Assembly: GCA_951406725.2 (NCBI GenBank) | Contig: OX597838.1 | Coordinates: 34,286,001 to 34,350,000, forward strand | Direction of reading: 5' to 3' | Origin: Octopus vulgaris | Taxonomy: Eukaryota | DNA length: 64,000 nucleotides | Shown here: piece after piece, positions 46,140-60,246 of the stretch | Numbering within the stretch: position 1 is the first letter of the stretch | Layout of the letters: each line of letters begins with the position of its first letter | Position numbers and translations under genes: made by a program | Notes under the pieces: generated by a model | What the model was told of the DNA's origin: nothing | The model's input: only the letters and a program-made list of their open reading frames with translations | Database searches by the model: none

Positions 46140-46566
46140 CAGTTTTGGTACAAATCCAATAATTTTAGGCGGAGGGGTTAATCGATTACATTGACACTAG
46201 TGCTTAACTGGTACTTCACCGGCCCCAAAAGGATGAAAGACAAAGTCAACCGTGGCAAAATTCGAACTTGGAATGTAAAAAAGCTGAAGAAATGCAAGAG
46301 CATTTTGTCAAACATATTAATGGATCTGCCAGCTCTGCCTTATAATCACATTTAAAAATGGTCTCAAATTTTGGCCAGCAATTTCAGGGAGGTGGGTAAA
46401 TGGATTTCATCAAACCCAGCGTTCAACTGGCACTTATTTGATTGATCCTGAAGGGATGAAAGGTAAAGTAAACCTCAGCAGAATTTGAACTCAGAACGTA
46501 AAAACAGATGAAATGCTGCTAAACATTTTGCCTGGCGTGCTAACGATTCTACCAGCATGCCACCTT
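46140..46566 (-). mobile_element. Two tandem older SINE C copies
   Basis: Two units with GGATGAAAG..AAAGT.AACC core and GAACTCAGAACG. Further copies at ~51705-51905 (+), ~57917-58128, ~59480-59845 and ~62140-62347 (-). Confidence 0.75.
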
Positions 46567-47385
46567 AATCACATTTAACCCTTTAGTGTTCAGATTATTA
46601 TTCTATCAAGCATAATGCTTATTGATTCCCATTGATTTGAATTAATCATGCATTATCTCATATCTTCAAGATCTTGATGGTGTAATTACTTAATATAGAA
46701 TAACATTGTAGGGTAGGTGTGAGAGCCTGGATCTGGTCAGTTTAAATATAAAACAGATTAACTATTTTGGCCAGATATGGCTGGTTTAAATACTAAAGGG
46801 TTAATAATGTAATACAACTGACATCATTTGTGTCGTAACACAACTAACATTGTTGATGAACTCTGCAATACATGCATCATACAACTAACAGTACCTTTTG
46901 ATATTTAGCTACATAAGTGAGGTTCAAACCCAGAATCTTGAGAAAATGAAGCCCCAGTCAGTTATATTACTGATCCATATGGTGAGTCATATCTCTTTGT
47001 AGTGCTTATTTACTGCTGGAGGTATTAGGTATTAACCCTTTAACACATAAACAAGCCATATCCAGCCAAAATATTCTATTCGCTTTTTGTTCAAACTAGC
47101 CAGATGTCAGCTCCCACACCAATCCTACAATATCATTCTAAAGATTTATCAGTTACCTCATTAAAATCTCATTAAAATACAAGATAATGCATGTTGATGG
47201 CATGATTAATTCAAAACAACGTGAATAAATAAGCATTACTTTTGACAGAATAATGTGAATGCTAAAGGATTGAACCCTTTTGTTACAATCCCACCTAAGA
47301 TCACCCTTGATTCAACAAAATTAACTTCCTGCTTTAAAATTATCTAAAGTAAAACCTTCCATCAATATTTCCTGTAAATTTATAA

Positions 47386-47697
47386 TCATCATCATCATCG
47401 TTTAACGTCCGTTCTCCATGCTAGCATGGGTTGGACGGTTCAACCGGGGATCTGGGAAGCCAGAAGGCTGCACCAGGCTCTGGTCTTATCTGGCAATGTT
47501 TCTACAGCTGGATGCCCTTCCTAACGCCAACCACTCCGTGAGTGTAGTGGGTGCTTTTTACGTGCCACCTGCACTGGTGCCAGGCGAGGCTGGCATCGGC
47601 CACGGTTGGATTGGTGCATTTTACGTGCCACCTGCACGGAAGCCAGTCGAGGCGGCACTGGCTTCGGCCACGATTTGGATGTGCTTTTTACGTGCCA
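47386..47697 (-). mobile_element. Retroposon family B inserted in a P2 MITE (~47275-47779)
   Basis: (CAT)n tail; flanks resemble P2 MITE halves with decayed TIRs. Confidence 0.8.
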
Positions 47698-50010
47698 CAC
47701 ATATTTTACTAAATTCTTCATTATTTTCAAATTTAATTCTAAGACGGTGAATTTCAACAGAAATACGACAACAAAAGAGTTAAGGGGCTAAGTATCTGTC
47801 TGTAGCGGGAACAGAGTGTATAGTAAGGGCCGAGGTATATAACACTGAACCTCCAGCATATAGACAGGCTGTTCGTTCCAATAAATGATGGATAAGAGAA
47901 TGCATTTTCTGATAGTGTTTGTTTTCGTTTTGATTTGTTTGTTATCAACTAAGACACGATGGAGGTCCAAGCATGACTGCAATCAAACATCTAAAAACCT
48001 TGTAGAAGAATATTCAAATGAAGGGTGGGGTGGTGTGGGGTGGCGTGGGGTGGTGTGGGGGATTGCATTACAGTGTTAAGGGAAAGAAGAAATTAAAACA
48101 GAAGTGGAGCGAAAGGGGAAAACAGAAGTTGAATAAAAAACGAATGAAGCACTAATGATGGAGAGAGAGAGGAAGGTGGGAGGGGGAGAGACTGGAGGGT
48201 GGAGAGTGATGGGACTAATGAATGAAATGATTTGAGCCAAAGAATTTAATATCATTCAGATGGTTTTAACATCAATAAATCTATTTGGCCATATCTAGCA
48301 CCACAGTGAAAAAAGTAGAAGAGTAGAAGCGTAAAAGAGATTGGGTTGGATTGCTGATGAAAATAGTTTAAGTAAAAAAAAAAAAAAAAAGAAAAATTAG
48401 ATTACTCATTTTCCAGCAAATAACTGTGAAAAATAGCATTCAAACCACTCTCTCGTATCACATCATATTGTCTTAAATAAAGCAAGGAAAACTAATAATA
48501 TAGTTGTAAACTATCCCTGAAAAGATGAGAAAGTCATGGTTGGAGCAACTTTGATCACTAGTTGGCCTGAGGCTAAACAACAACAAAGGTGCTGGTGCCA
48601 CGCAAAATGCACTCATGCCAGTGGCACATACAAGGCACCCAGCACACACTGTAAAGTGGTTGGCATTAGGAAGGGCATCTGGTCATAGAAACTATGCCAA
48701 AACAGATAGGTGAAACCCAGATAGCTCTCTGACTGGCCAGCTTCTGCCAAACTATCTGACCCATGCCATCAAGGAGAATGGCCATCAAACGATGATGATG
48801 ATTGTTTTGAATTAATTTATGCATTATCTCATAGCTTCGAGATTCTGATGATGCAATTGTTTATGTTGAGGATGACATTGTAGGGTAAGTGTGAGAGGCA
48901 GGATCTGGTTCGATATCAACATAAAATAGGTAGAGTATTCTGACCTGATATGGCTGGTTTAAATGCTAAAGGGTTAAAGATATACATACACATGGGTAAG
49001 TGCCTTCTACTACAGCCCAGCCCAAAACTGAATAAAACCTTGTGAGAGGATTTGGTAGGAGCGGATAGAAGCCTGTTGTGAGTGTGTGTCACCATTATAC
49101 AACCAATGTCTGGTCATGGAGCAATATTACCTTGCTTAGAAACAGTTGAGGGTTAGTGACAGGAAGGGCATCTTGCTGTAGAATATCTGCCTCAACAAAC
49201 TCCATCCAACCCATGCTGGCATGGAAAAGTCGATGTTAAAACGACAACGATGACAATGAATTACAGCTAACCCTTTCAAAAACTTCAGCTATTAGTAACC
49301 ACCAAAGGAGCCTTTAAATTGTAAATTGATCAGACAGAAACAGCAACCAAATTCCCTTAAATCACATCTAAAAAACACAAATGAAATAGTAGACAGGTGA
49401 ATGAAGAGAGAGGGGGGGGAGATGGTGTTGGGTAAGAGAAAAGGATAAACAGCATGATGGTCATGATTGGAACGCCCTTGATCATGATCATAAGAATGCT
49501 TGCTCAATCAAGGCTGACATGAGATTTATAATAAATAACTGCTTATAATATTAACTGCTGTTAGTACTACAACTGCTGCTGTGTATGTTTGTCCTAATTA
49601 TTGATACTGTTTAATTGCTGTCAATGAGCTAACTCCTTCAAGTCCAAAGTTGCTAATGATATAACAACCGCTGCATATAACTTACTTCTGTCAAGTTGAC
49701 AGTGTGAGTTATGTTTAACCACAGGATTACAATTTAAGAGTTAGACCACCTGGTTGAACTACATTTACACACAGCAGGCAAGTAGTGGATGCACGCTATA
49801 AATCTGCTCAATCTGCTAGAAATAGAAACCAAATCTCCCTCAAAACATATCACCCAACTGTCTTTGAAAAAAGGACACACTGAATGTAGTTCTGTATCCA
49901 TTATATTTGAAGTGGACACTGACATGGATGAGTGGTTAAGATGTTTGCTTTACAATCATGAGGCCCCAAGTTTGATCCCACAAAGTAACACCAAGGGTAA
50001 ATGTCTATAG

Positions 50011-50211
50011 CAGTGCTTTTCAACCTTTTTGCTGGAGCGGAACCCCAAGGAAACATTCCACTGGCTCGAGGAACCCCTGTGCAATAATTTAATAGTCTTA
50101 TGCACACATATCTGCACAGGAGACTTAAAAATTACTGCCGATTTTAGCAGTTTTGTAACTTCTTGGGAAACCCCTGCACTGTACTGGCGAAACCCTGGTT
50201 GAAAACCACTG
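50011..50211. mobile_element. hAT-Charlie-type MITE
   Basis: TIRs CAGTGCTTTTCAACC / GGTTGAAAACCACTG; perfect 8-bp TSD GTCTATAG at 50003-50010 and 50212-50219. Confidence 0.92.
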
Positions 50212-50964
50212 GTCTATAGCATAGCCATAGGCCAACCAAAGCCTTGCAAGTGAAATTGCTTGGACAGAAACTGTATGGATTGTATTTGTGATTTAAGGGT
50301 CCATCATTGTCACATGCTATTATGCTGATTCAGTTTGGAATTTACATTAATCCTTTAGCATTCAAACCAGTGGTTCTCAGCCATTTTCTCTATAGACCCC
50401 ATTGATTCCTATTTTACTTGATTGGACCCCCATAGCTGTTGAATGTTTAAAAAAAAAATCCTATGTTATTTCATAATTAAATATTATTATTATGGAGATG
50501 TACTTGCATAGCAAGTGACCTGATCTGAGATCATGTGCTGGAACGAAAACAATTGCAGCGTGGAAGGTGTTTATAAGCCATTTAAGAAACACGCAAAAAC
50601 CTTTGACAGAGTAATCTGAATGCTTGAGAGCTAAGGGTAACATGACAGTGGAATACTCAACCACTTAAGGATAAATTTAACGACTGGCTGTTCATTTGAT
50701 CTAACAATTGAATATTCATCATATCGGACATAATGGTCATGGCTGGAATGCATTTGATCATAGGTTTACTTAATCAGGAACAGATCTGGAACCAAACTAC
50801 ATCTTTGCTATTTAGATTAATTAAAATAATTTTTAATCGAGGCACAAAGCTATAGATTTTGGAGTGTCAATTAAACTGACCTTAATATATTACAGATAGT
50901 TATTTTACCAACCCTGAAGGTGGATGAAAGACAAAGTTGACTTCTATGCAGTTTGAACAAAGAA

Positions 50965-51349
50965 TTCTTTTATTCTTTTACACGTTTCAGTCATTGACTA
51001 CGATCATGCTGGTTTCTTAGTTGAAGAAATCAACCCCTGGACTTATTCTTTGCAAGCCTAGTACTTATTTTATCAGTCACTTTGCCAAACACCACTAAGT
51101 TACAGGGACATAAACACACCATCATCAGTTGTCAAGCGATGGTGGGGAGGACAAACAGTCACAAAGACACACACACACACACATATACGACAGGCTTCTT
51201 TCAGTTTCTGTCTACCATATCCACTCACAAGGCTTTGATCAGCCTGAGGCTATAGTAGAAGACACTTGCCCAAGCTGCCACGCAGTGGGACTGAACCCAG
51301 AACCATGCGTTGGGAAGCAAGCTTATTATCACACAGCCATGCCTGTGCC
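50965..51349 (-). mobile_element. SINE family A
   Basis: Moderately diverged full-length copy. Confidence 0.82.
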
Positions 51350-53777
51350 TATGTAAACACAAGGTATTTTGCCTGTCTCTGTCTGAAGATTCTGCCATCC
51401 ACTCCCCAGTAATAAGCATAATAAATGATAATAAAGAACAGAGTAACAAACTTAAAAGGCATATTTTTTTATCATTTACTTGTTTTAGTCATTAAACTGT
51501 GGCCATGCTGGGGTACCATACTGGAGAATTTTAGCCAAACGAATCCACCCAAATGCTTTGTGTGCCTTGGGTATGTGTTGTGGTTTGTCATGATGATCTT
51601 ATTGTTACTGTATTGAAAGTGTTTTACATAGGATGTGTGCGGTGCTCAGTAGTGCGATTTTCTGTATGTTATATATATTTGTAAGTCCTGGTGTTTTTGT
51701 TATAACACCAGACAAAAAATGTTAGCAGCATTTCATCCATCTCTATGTTCTGAGTTAAAATTCCACCATGTCTGACTTTGTCTTTCAGAGTCGATAAAAT
51801 AAGTACTAGTCATGCACTGGGGGTGATGTAATTAACCAGCTCCCTTGCACCAAAAATTTCAGGCCTTCTGCCACAAGTAGAAAAGGTTATTGTTATTATT
51901 ATTATTATTCACAATTATACAACTCTTAACTAAATTTTTTTTTTTTCTCTCTCCACATTCTTGATATATTTATTTCTTTATAATCTAGTCTTGAAATGTA
52001 ATTTACTGAAACTAAATTCTTGACCTTTAAGGTTAGCAGTTCAGCATCTTAGCTTCACTGGCCACTGTCTGACTAGCTGTCTGCTTTTCCATTGGGAAGC
52101 ATTTCTCGTTGTGATTGAGTTATATAAATAAGAAGTTTCCCCCTCTCCTAAACAGGTCTATCAAGTCACCTATTCACGTCTTCAGTCACGTTTATATGTG
52201 TATTTGGCAAAAGCTGGCAAAGGTCACAGAAGAGACACAACCTTCCCCTATATAATTGCTCTAATTTCTCCTGTTAGCATTTAAGAGGCTATATTCTTAA
52301 AAGTATTAAAATCCAGACTATGAAGAAAAGGAAACTCGAGTGATGGCCTGCATCAGCAACAATCAGCCCATAACAGATTTCGATAGGTTGGAGGACCCTT
52401 AACCACTAACCCTTTAGTGTTCAGATTATTCAATCAAGCATAATGCCTATTGATTCCCATTTATTTGAATTAATCATGTATTATCCCATATCTTCAAGGG
52501 CTTGATGGTGTAATTACTTAATGCAGAATAACATTGTAGGGTAGGTGTGAGAGCCTGGATCCGCTCAGTTTGAACATAAAACAGATTAACTACTTTGGCC
52601 GGATATGGCCGGTTTAAATACTAAAGGGTTAAATCTTTCATCTCCCATGGCAACTGAACTGATGACAAAGGCATTCAGATGAACAGAGTGGTGATGTAAC
52701 AGTCACTACTACTGACAACAACAAGCTAGAATAAAGAAAAATAATTAAATACAGAATTTCCTGTTTGGCTTATTAAGGGAGGAAGGAGAGTAGCCATGAC
52801 ATTTTCAGGCTCATTGAGATCAACATGGTTGATGGTCATCTTGAATTTATTTGTGTCAACACTGACCTAGACTAGGTTGAGCTACCTCCAGCAAGTAAAT
52901 TTGCAGTGGCTGTGTGGTTAAGAAGCTTGCTCCACAGCCAAGTGGTCTTGGGCATCTTAGACAAGTGTCTTCTACTATAGCTCTGAGCCAACTGGTGCCT
53001 TGCAAATGAATTCATGCAACTGAAACTGTATGGAAGCCCATCGTGAATATACAAACAGACTGACATATATATCTCCTTTCTACAATAAGCACAAGGCTTG
53101 AAATTTGGCAGAAGAGGTGGCTAGTCGGTTATAGTGATCCCAGTGGTAAACTGTACATATTTTACCAAATCCGAAAGGATGAAAAGTCAAAGTTGACCTC
53201 GGCAGAATTTGAACTCAGAATATAAAGCCAGAAGACTATATGTGTGTGTGTGTGTGTGTGCGCTTGTCAAGCCACCATGATCATAACCATTAGTTGACAA
53301 CAGGTGCTGGTTTGTTTACATGCCGGTAATTTAGTGGCTTGGCAAAAGAGACTAATAGAATAAGTATCAGACTTTAGAAAGAAAAACACATAAGTATTGG
53401 GGTCGATTTGTTTGACTTAAATACTTTGAGGCAGTGCCCCAGCATGGCCACGTTCCAATGACTAAAACAAGTATAAGATAAAAGAAAGTTAAGTTGTCAA
53501 CCCTTGACAGAAACATCACAGTTTCCCAGTGACAGCTTATGTTCAGCACAATCCTTTGATTATTATAAACAAAATCATTTGTGCAGATTGTTTAGCAAGA
53601 ACTTACAGAACTCTCACTCGTCATCTATGACAAGAGAGTCCAACCTGGTGGGAGTTAAGACAAACTTAGCAGCTATTTCAAATAGGTAGATGTCCATGCA
53701 GAGGCTGACAGTTGTTCTGTTTGCATACTCAGCAAAACAGAGCTAGGATATTACTGGTTATGATTATCATAGAACTA

Positions 53778-53920
53778 ATTACTATTGCTCCACCTTTGTC
53801 AGCTTCTTTTATAATGATTGACTTGTCATTTTTCAGTTTTTGTAAGGCTTGTTTTTCTCCTCTGCGGAGATTCTGTTTGCATTTGTGTGTGTGGAGAGGG
53901 AATTTGGATATTGTCTCTAT
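53778..53920 (-). mobile_element. Penelope-like element fragment (DKG motif)
   Basis: Minus strand reads KQNLRRGEKQALQKLKNDKSIIIKEADKGGAIVI, the conserved pre-RT DKG motif of Penelope-like elements. Confidence 0.85.
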
Positions 53921-53921
53921 G

Positions 53922-54114
53922 AGCCAGCCCCGTCTGGCACGTAAAAAGCACCCACTACACTCATGGAGTGGTTGGCGTTAGGAAGAGCATCCAGCTGTAG
54001 AAACTCTGCCAGATCAGACTGGGCCTGATGCAGCCTTCTGGCTTCCCAGACCCCAGTTGAAACCGTCCAACCCATGCTAGCATGGAAAGCGGACGCTAAA
54101 TGATGATGATGATG
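53922..54114 (+). mobile_element. Retroposon family B, 5'-truncated
   Basis: Nearly identical to 18755-18948. Confidence 0.85.
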
Positions 54115-56207
54115 AAGACCCACAATTCTGTCTAATGCTCAAAATGGCCCTGAAGCTATGGAAGTTAAAATCAGTGGACCACCAACTAATCACACTGACG
54201 TGAGTTCAAACCTTACAGCAGTTTTGTAGTGAACTCCAAGATGTGACACAATTTGCAGTTGTGACTATCAAAAGACTTCTATCAACGTGCAAAAAGACAT
54301 CATTTATAAGACACTATATACTTCATACAGTAATTATTCATGTATAATACGCACTTTTGTCATGAAAATCCTGCTTCCCAACTATGTGGTTCTGGTAGGT
54401 GGAAACTGAAAGAAGCCCATCATATATTTGTGTGTGTGTGTGTGTGTCTTTGTGTCTGTGTTTGCTCCCCACCATCATTTGACAACCAGTGTTGGTATGT
54501 TTATGTTCCTATAACTTAGCGGTTTGGCGAAAAGGACTGATAGAATAAGTACCATGCTTACAAAAAAAAAAAAGTACTGGGGGTCGATTCATTTGACTAA
54601 AAATTCTTCAATATCGTGTGCTCCAGCATGGTCGCAGTCTAATGACAGAAACAAGTAAAAGAGAGAAAAAAAAAAGAATGTGCAACTTCCTCCATGTTCA
54701 CTTCACAGTAGCAGCAGATGCATTTTTACAACCTACATTGCTAAAGGTCAAAGGTCACTTTCCAATTTCTTTTTTTCTTTTATTTAGGATACCTTTATTT
54801 AGGACTGTGGCCATGCTGGGGTACCACCTTGAAGGGTTTAGTGGAATAAATCAATCCCAGTAATATTTTATAAGTCAGACTTATTTTATTGATTTCTTTA
54901 GCTGAACTGCTAATTCCTGGGAATGTGAACAAACCAACACTGAATGTCAAGCAGTGGTAGGAGCAATCACAAACAGACACACACACATCAGGCTTCTTTC
55001 AGTTTCCGTCTACCAAATTCACTCATAAGGCTTTGGTTGGCCCAGGGCTATAGTAAAAGACACTGGCCAAAGCTGCCATAGAGGGGAACTGAACCTGGAA
55101 CTATGTGGCTGAGAAGTAAACCTCTTACCGCAGAGCTATGCCTGCTCCTCCTTAACACACAACCTGTGCCATCTTACCACACTGCCATGCCTGCACCTAT
55201 GTAAATTATTTTACGCAGCAACTGCAACAAATCTGGCTTAACACACCTTTTCCCAGCCATCTTAACCCTAAAGAAAAATCAGTGCATCTCTCTAATTTTC
55301 AGCAGTTTGCTATTTATTGAGTAGAAATCTTTTCCTGGTGACAAGTTTGAGGACACCAAATGTTATAAGAATAATAATTAATGTGCGAACAAAAAGTTGC
55401 TTAAAATAAATGCAGTAAGAATAATTACTAACTACTGCATTATTTTAAGCAACAGCTTTTTGTGCACACATGTACAATCCAGATGAAATGGTGCACAAGA
55501 GATGTTGTTCAGGGATTTTATTAGTTATAATTACAAGTGCACAGTTTGCTAAGGTGCAACCATGGCTGCATAAGAAGTCTGCTTCTCAACTACATCGTTC
55601 CAGGTTCAGTCCCACTGCATTGCACTTTCGGCAAGTGTCTCAGAATGCAACTATTTGCAGTGGAGATAAGACTGAAACATCTGGCAAAATGCAGATCAAT
55701 TCAACCCATTCCAATAGTAATAAAAATGATGATGATGTGATAATGCTACTTCATGGCTGAATGCTTAATGGCAGAACAGACATACGAAACTGAAAAGTAA
55801 ATATTTGCTCCTTAAATTTCCAAACATTATTCTAACCATATCAGAATTTACAAAACACAATGTAAACTATCTCTTCATAAATGTAATTATATTTTAATTA
55901 TTAAAACTTTTTATCTTTGGTCTTTTACTTGTTTCAGTCATTTGGCTGTAGTCATACTGGGGCATTTGCCTTGAAGGAGTTTAGTTGAACAAATCAACTC
56001 CAGGACATTTTTTTTTAAAGTCTAGTACTTATTTTATCAGGCTCTTTTGCTGAACTGCTAAGTTATAGGAACATAGATATAGTAACAGATGTCAAGCAGT
56101 GGTATGAGACAAACACAAAAACACTCATAAAGGGATATTATGTATGTATGTAAATATGATATTTATTTATTTATTTATCATTATAATAATATATATTTAT
56201 TATCATT

Positions 56208-57145
56208 ACTAGCTTAAGTACCAGTCATTGCTCAGAAGTTTAAAGAATATTAACCCTTTAGTGTTCAGATTATTCTATCAAACATAATGCCTATTGATTC
56301 CCATTGATTTGAATTAATCATGCATTATCTCATATCTTCAAGATCTTGATGGTGTAATTACTTAATGTAGAATAACATTGTAGGGTAGGTGTGAGGGCCT
56401 GGATCTGGTTTGTTTGAACATAAAACAGATTAAATATTTTGCCCGGATATGGCCAGTTTAAATACTAAAGAGTTAAAGGAAATAAATATATTTATTCTGA
56501 CAAAAAGGATATTTTTAGAAAAATTCTATCAGATGTCGTGAGTATAAACAAAGTTATTAAAACAAATCCTGAAATCACATGAAACAATAAAAGTGAAACT
56601 AGAGTGTTATGAAAATGAAACTATTATATCGCTGCAAAAAAAAAAAAAAGGGCCCGTATAGTAGGGGCTATGAACAATTATTTGAATAATTCATGTTGAT
56701 ATCTCTAACTTATGTCACGAGAATATTGAACTTTCCTTTTCCTTTAAATCTCCTGTTTCTTTATCACAATTAAAAAGCATTTCAGAAGAAAGTGAAAAAA
56801 CAAAACCAATGTAATTTCCAGACAGCCAAATTTAGTACAGATTTATCCAGCGGTTTGGCCAGGCATAGACGAAACACACACACACACACACACACACAGA
56901 CAGCAAGAATAAAAGTGAAACCATAAAAGTGAAAGTATTATACTGCTGCAAAAAAAAAAAAATCGAAAGGATCATATGAGGTGGGGGGCTACAGCCACCT
57001 ATTTAGGTAATGGCCAAAATTTGATCCCCCTAGAACCTTCCCCAAGTAATGAAAAACCTTCATGCCAAATGTGGTACAGATTGATTCAGTGGTTTGGCTG
57101 TGCATAGAGGAAACACACAAACACAGGATTTTATATATATAGATT
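56208..57145 (+). mobile_element. Helitron-like non-autonomous element with internal duplication and nested P1 MITE
   Basis: Starts ACTAGCTTAAGTACC; internal unit (AAAAGTGAAA...GCTGCAAAAAA...CAAAT.T.GTACAGATT...GCATAGA.GAAACACAC) occurs twice; ends TTTTATATATATAGAT. Confidence 0.5.
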
Positions 57146-57420
57146 ATCTATTATTAGTATTAGTATTAATAAAGTGCAGGTGTGGCTATGTAGTAAGAAG
57201 ATTGCTTCCCAACTACGTGGTTCTGAAATTTTTTTTTTTTCAGTATAATTGAAGCACAGGTGTGATTGTAATGAGTAAGAAGCTTGCTTCTGTTTCCTAA
57301 CCATGTGGGTCACAGGTTCAGTCCTACTGCACAGCACCTTGGGCAAATGTCTTCTACTCTGCCCCAGGAGTGATCAAAGCCTTGTGTGGATTTGATACAC
57401 AGAAACTGTGTTGAAGCTTG

Positions 57421-57463
<43 letters not shown>

Positions 57464-58197
57464 TTACAAGTCATGAAAGCACTATCAGTTCAGAACAGCA
57501 TTCTGTATATCTTACTTAATGTGGATATACTATAGAAAGCCAGAGAATATTGCAGTGTTGTGGCTTTCAACAGCATATCCACATTACAAAAGATATACAG
57601 AATGCTACATATGTATGAATAGGAGTGCATGCACACGTATATACACTTGTTCTGACATCGTAGAATGGTTGTAAATGAGAATCACCATCACACAAGTGAT
57701 GTTCTTCAATTCCAGTCTTCCAAGGAAAAACATGTCTGGCCATGGGGAAATATTACTTTGTTTAGATGGTTGAGGGTTAGCAACAGGAAAGGCATCTGGC
57801 TGCAGAAACTCAATAAATTCCATCTAACCCATGCAAGCATAGAAAAGTGGATGTGAAACAATGATGATGAATCAAGATCTGGTAAAATATCTGCAGGCTT
57901 ATATAGACATATCGAGTTCAAATTTTGGCACAAGGCCAGCAATTTTGAGGAGGGTGACTAGTCGATTACATTGACCCCCAGTGCTTAACTGGTACTTATT
58001 TTATTGATTCTGAAAGGATGAAAGGCAAATTCAACCATGGCAGAATTTTAACTCAGAACGTAAAGAGGGACAAAGTGCCGCTAAGCATTTTGCCAAGTGT
58101 GCCAAGAATTCTGCCTGCTTGCCGCCTTTATATATTGACATATCAACCAACTGAAGTCTCACAATTTCATTCCTATTATAAAGAAATATTTTCAACA

Positions 58198-58605
58198 GGC
58201 GCAGGAGTGGCTGTGTGGTAAGTAGCTTGCTACCCAACCACATGGTTCCGGGTTCAGTCCCACTGCGTGGCATCTTGGGCAAGTGTCTTCTGCTATAGCC
58301 CCGGGCCGATCAATGCCTTGTGAGTGGATTTGGTAGACGGAAACTGAAAGAAGCCTGTCGTATATATGTATATATATGCATGTGTGTATTTGTGTGTCTG
58401 TGTTTGTACCCCTAGCATTGCTTGACAACCGATGCTGATGTGTTTATGTCCCCGTTACTTAGCGGTTCGGCAAAAGAGACCGATAGAATAAGTACTGGGC
58501 TTACAAAGAATAAGTCCCGGGGTCGATTTGCTCGACTAAAGGCGGTGCTCCAGCATGGCCGCAGTCAAATGACTGAAACAAGTAAAAGAGTAAAAGAGTA
58601 AGAGT
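58198..58605 (+). mobile_element. SINE family A, full length, young
   Basis: GGCGCAGGAGTGGCTGTGTGGTAAG (A-box-like), GGTTCAGTCCC (B-box-like), tail (TAAAAGAG)n. Confidence 0.92.
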
Positions 58606-59062
58606 TATAATGTTTTGACTTAAATAAATTAGCTATTTCAGACAGGTTTGTGATATAAGGACTGATGTAGCTTTACTTCAAGAAATTATATAAACGTTCT
58701 GACCAGGTTTGAAATAATGATTTATGAGTTATGAGTTTAAACTAATGGTTTATAATCAAGAGGTTACATATGGCAAGTATCATAAATGTTTGGGTAGATT
58801 GTGGTGTGGGTCAATAGTCCATCGCAATAAAGTGATAGTCTTCCATCATAGTTAAAAATACTTCAGTTTACTCATGTTACATCATCATATTATTTAAATT
58901 TCTATTCTTTAGAAACCTTACAACTTTTATCATTACATTTCTTGTTAACAAACAATTTTACTTATAGTGTTAATAGGCGCAAGGTCCAAGCAAGTAATCT
59001 AGTATGTGAGAAAGAGATAGACAGACAGACAGACAGAGACAGAAGAATAAAATCAATATATA

Positions 59063-59235
59063 GGCACAGGAGTGGCTGTGTGGTAAGTAGCTTGCTAACC
59101 AACCACATGGTTCCGGGTTCAGTCCCACTGTGTGGCATCTTGGGCAAGTGTCTTCTGCTATAGCCCCGGGCCGACCAATGCCTTGTGAGTGGATTTGGTC
59201 GACGGAAACTGAAAGAAGCCTGTCGTATATATGTG

Positions 59236-59270
<35 letters not shown>

Positions 59271-59460
59271 GTTTGTCCCCCTAGCATTGCTTGACAACCG
59301 ATGCTGGTGTGTTTACGTCCCCGTCACTTAGCGGTTCGGCAAAAGAGACCGATAGAATAAGTACTGGGCTTACAAAGAATAAGTCCCAGGGTCGATTTGC
59401 TCGACTAAAGGCGGTGCTCCAGCATGGCCACAGTCAAATGACTGAAACAAGTAAAAGAGT
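59063..59460 (+). mobile_element. SINE family A, full length, young
   Basis: Near-identical to 58198-58605. Confidence 0.92.
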
Positions 59461-59845
59461 ATATATATAAGGATTTCTAATATTGACACAAGGCCACAGA
59501 TTTCTAGAGGAGGGTGCAGGCACAACTGATTAAATTTTCCCAAGAAGCATGAAAGGCAAAGTTGATGCTAACAGAATTTTCATTCAGAATGTGACAAGCT
59601 ATAACTAAATAACCACAAGCCATTTTGCTCAATGTTTTAATCATTCTGGCAACCCACAAATCCCCACTAATGATGATGATGATAATAATGATAATCCTTT
59701 CTACTATAGGCACAAGGCCTGAAATTTTTTGATTACATCAACCCCAGAACTCAACTGGTACTCATTTCATCAACCCTGAAAGGATATAAAGCAAAGCTGA
59801 CCTTGATGGAATTTACGATCAGAATGTAAATGCCAGCTCGCCATA

Positions 59846-60246
59846 ATCTATATATGTAAAGCTGAAGTTGTCTGTGTGTGTGTGGCAGGTTTGGTAGCCT
59901 TCAACTAACACTATCTCCTCCGACACCCTGCGGCACAAGTTAACCAAAATTGAGAGTATGATAGAAGAAGGCTTGCTCTTCATTCCGTAGAAGAAAAAAT
60001 TCAAATCGGAACATGTTAAGACCAAAAATTATTTATATCAAAAAGGTGCTTTCTTTCTATGAAAATCCCTATTTTTTACGATCTTTTGACTGCTGTGTCG
60101 CCATTTTTCGGTGTATTTCAACCAGAAAAATGTTCACTTAAAGAGAATAACAAGCTACATAATGCAAAATTTTTACTTTTCAAAAATTCCAATTCTAAAG
60201 GGTCAAAAAGAAAACAAGCCCGAGCAACTCTGGGCTATACTGCTAG
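59846..60246 (-). mobile_element. Helitron-like non-autonomous element
   Basis: Minus strand begins CTAGCAGTATAGCCCAGAGTTGCTCGGGC (small hairpin) and ends CACACACAGACAACTTCAGCTTTACATATATAGAT; no TSD. Confidence 0.6.
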
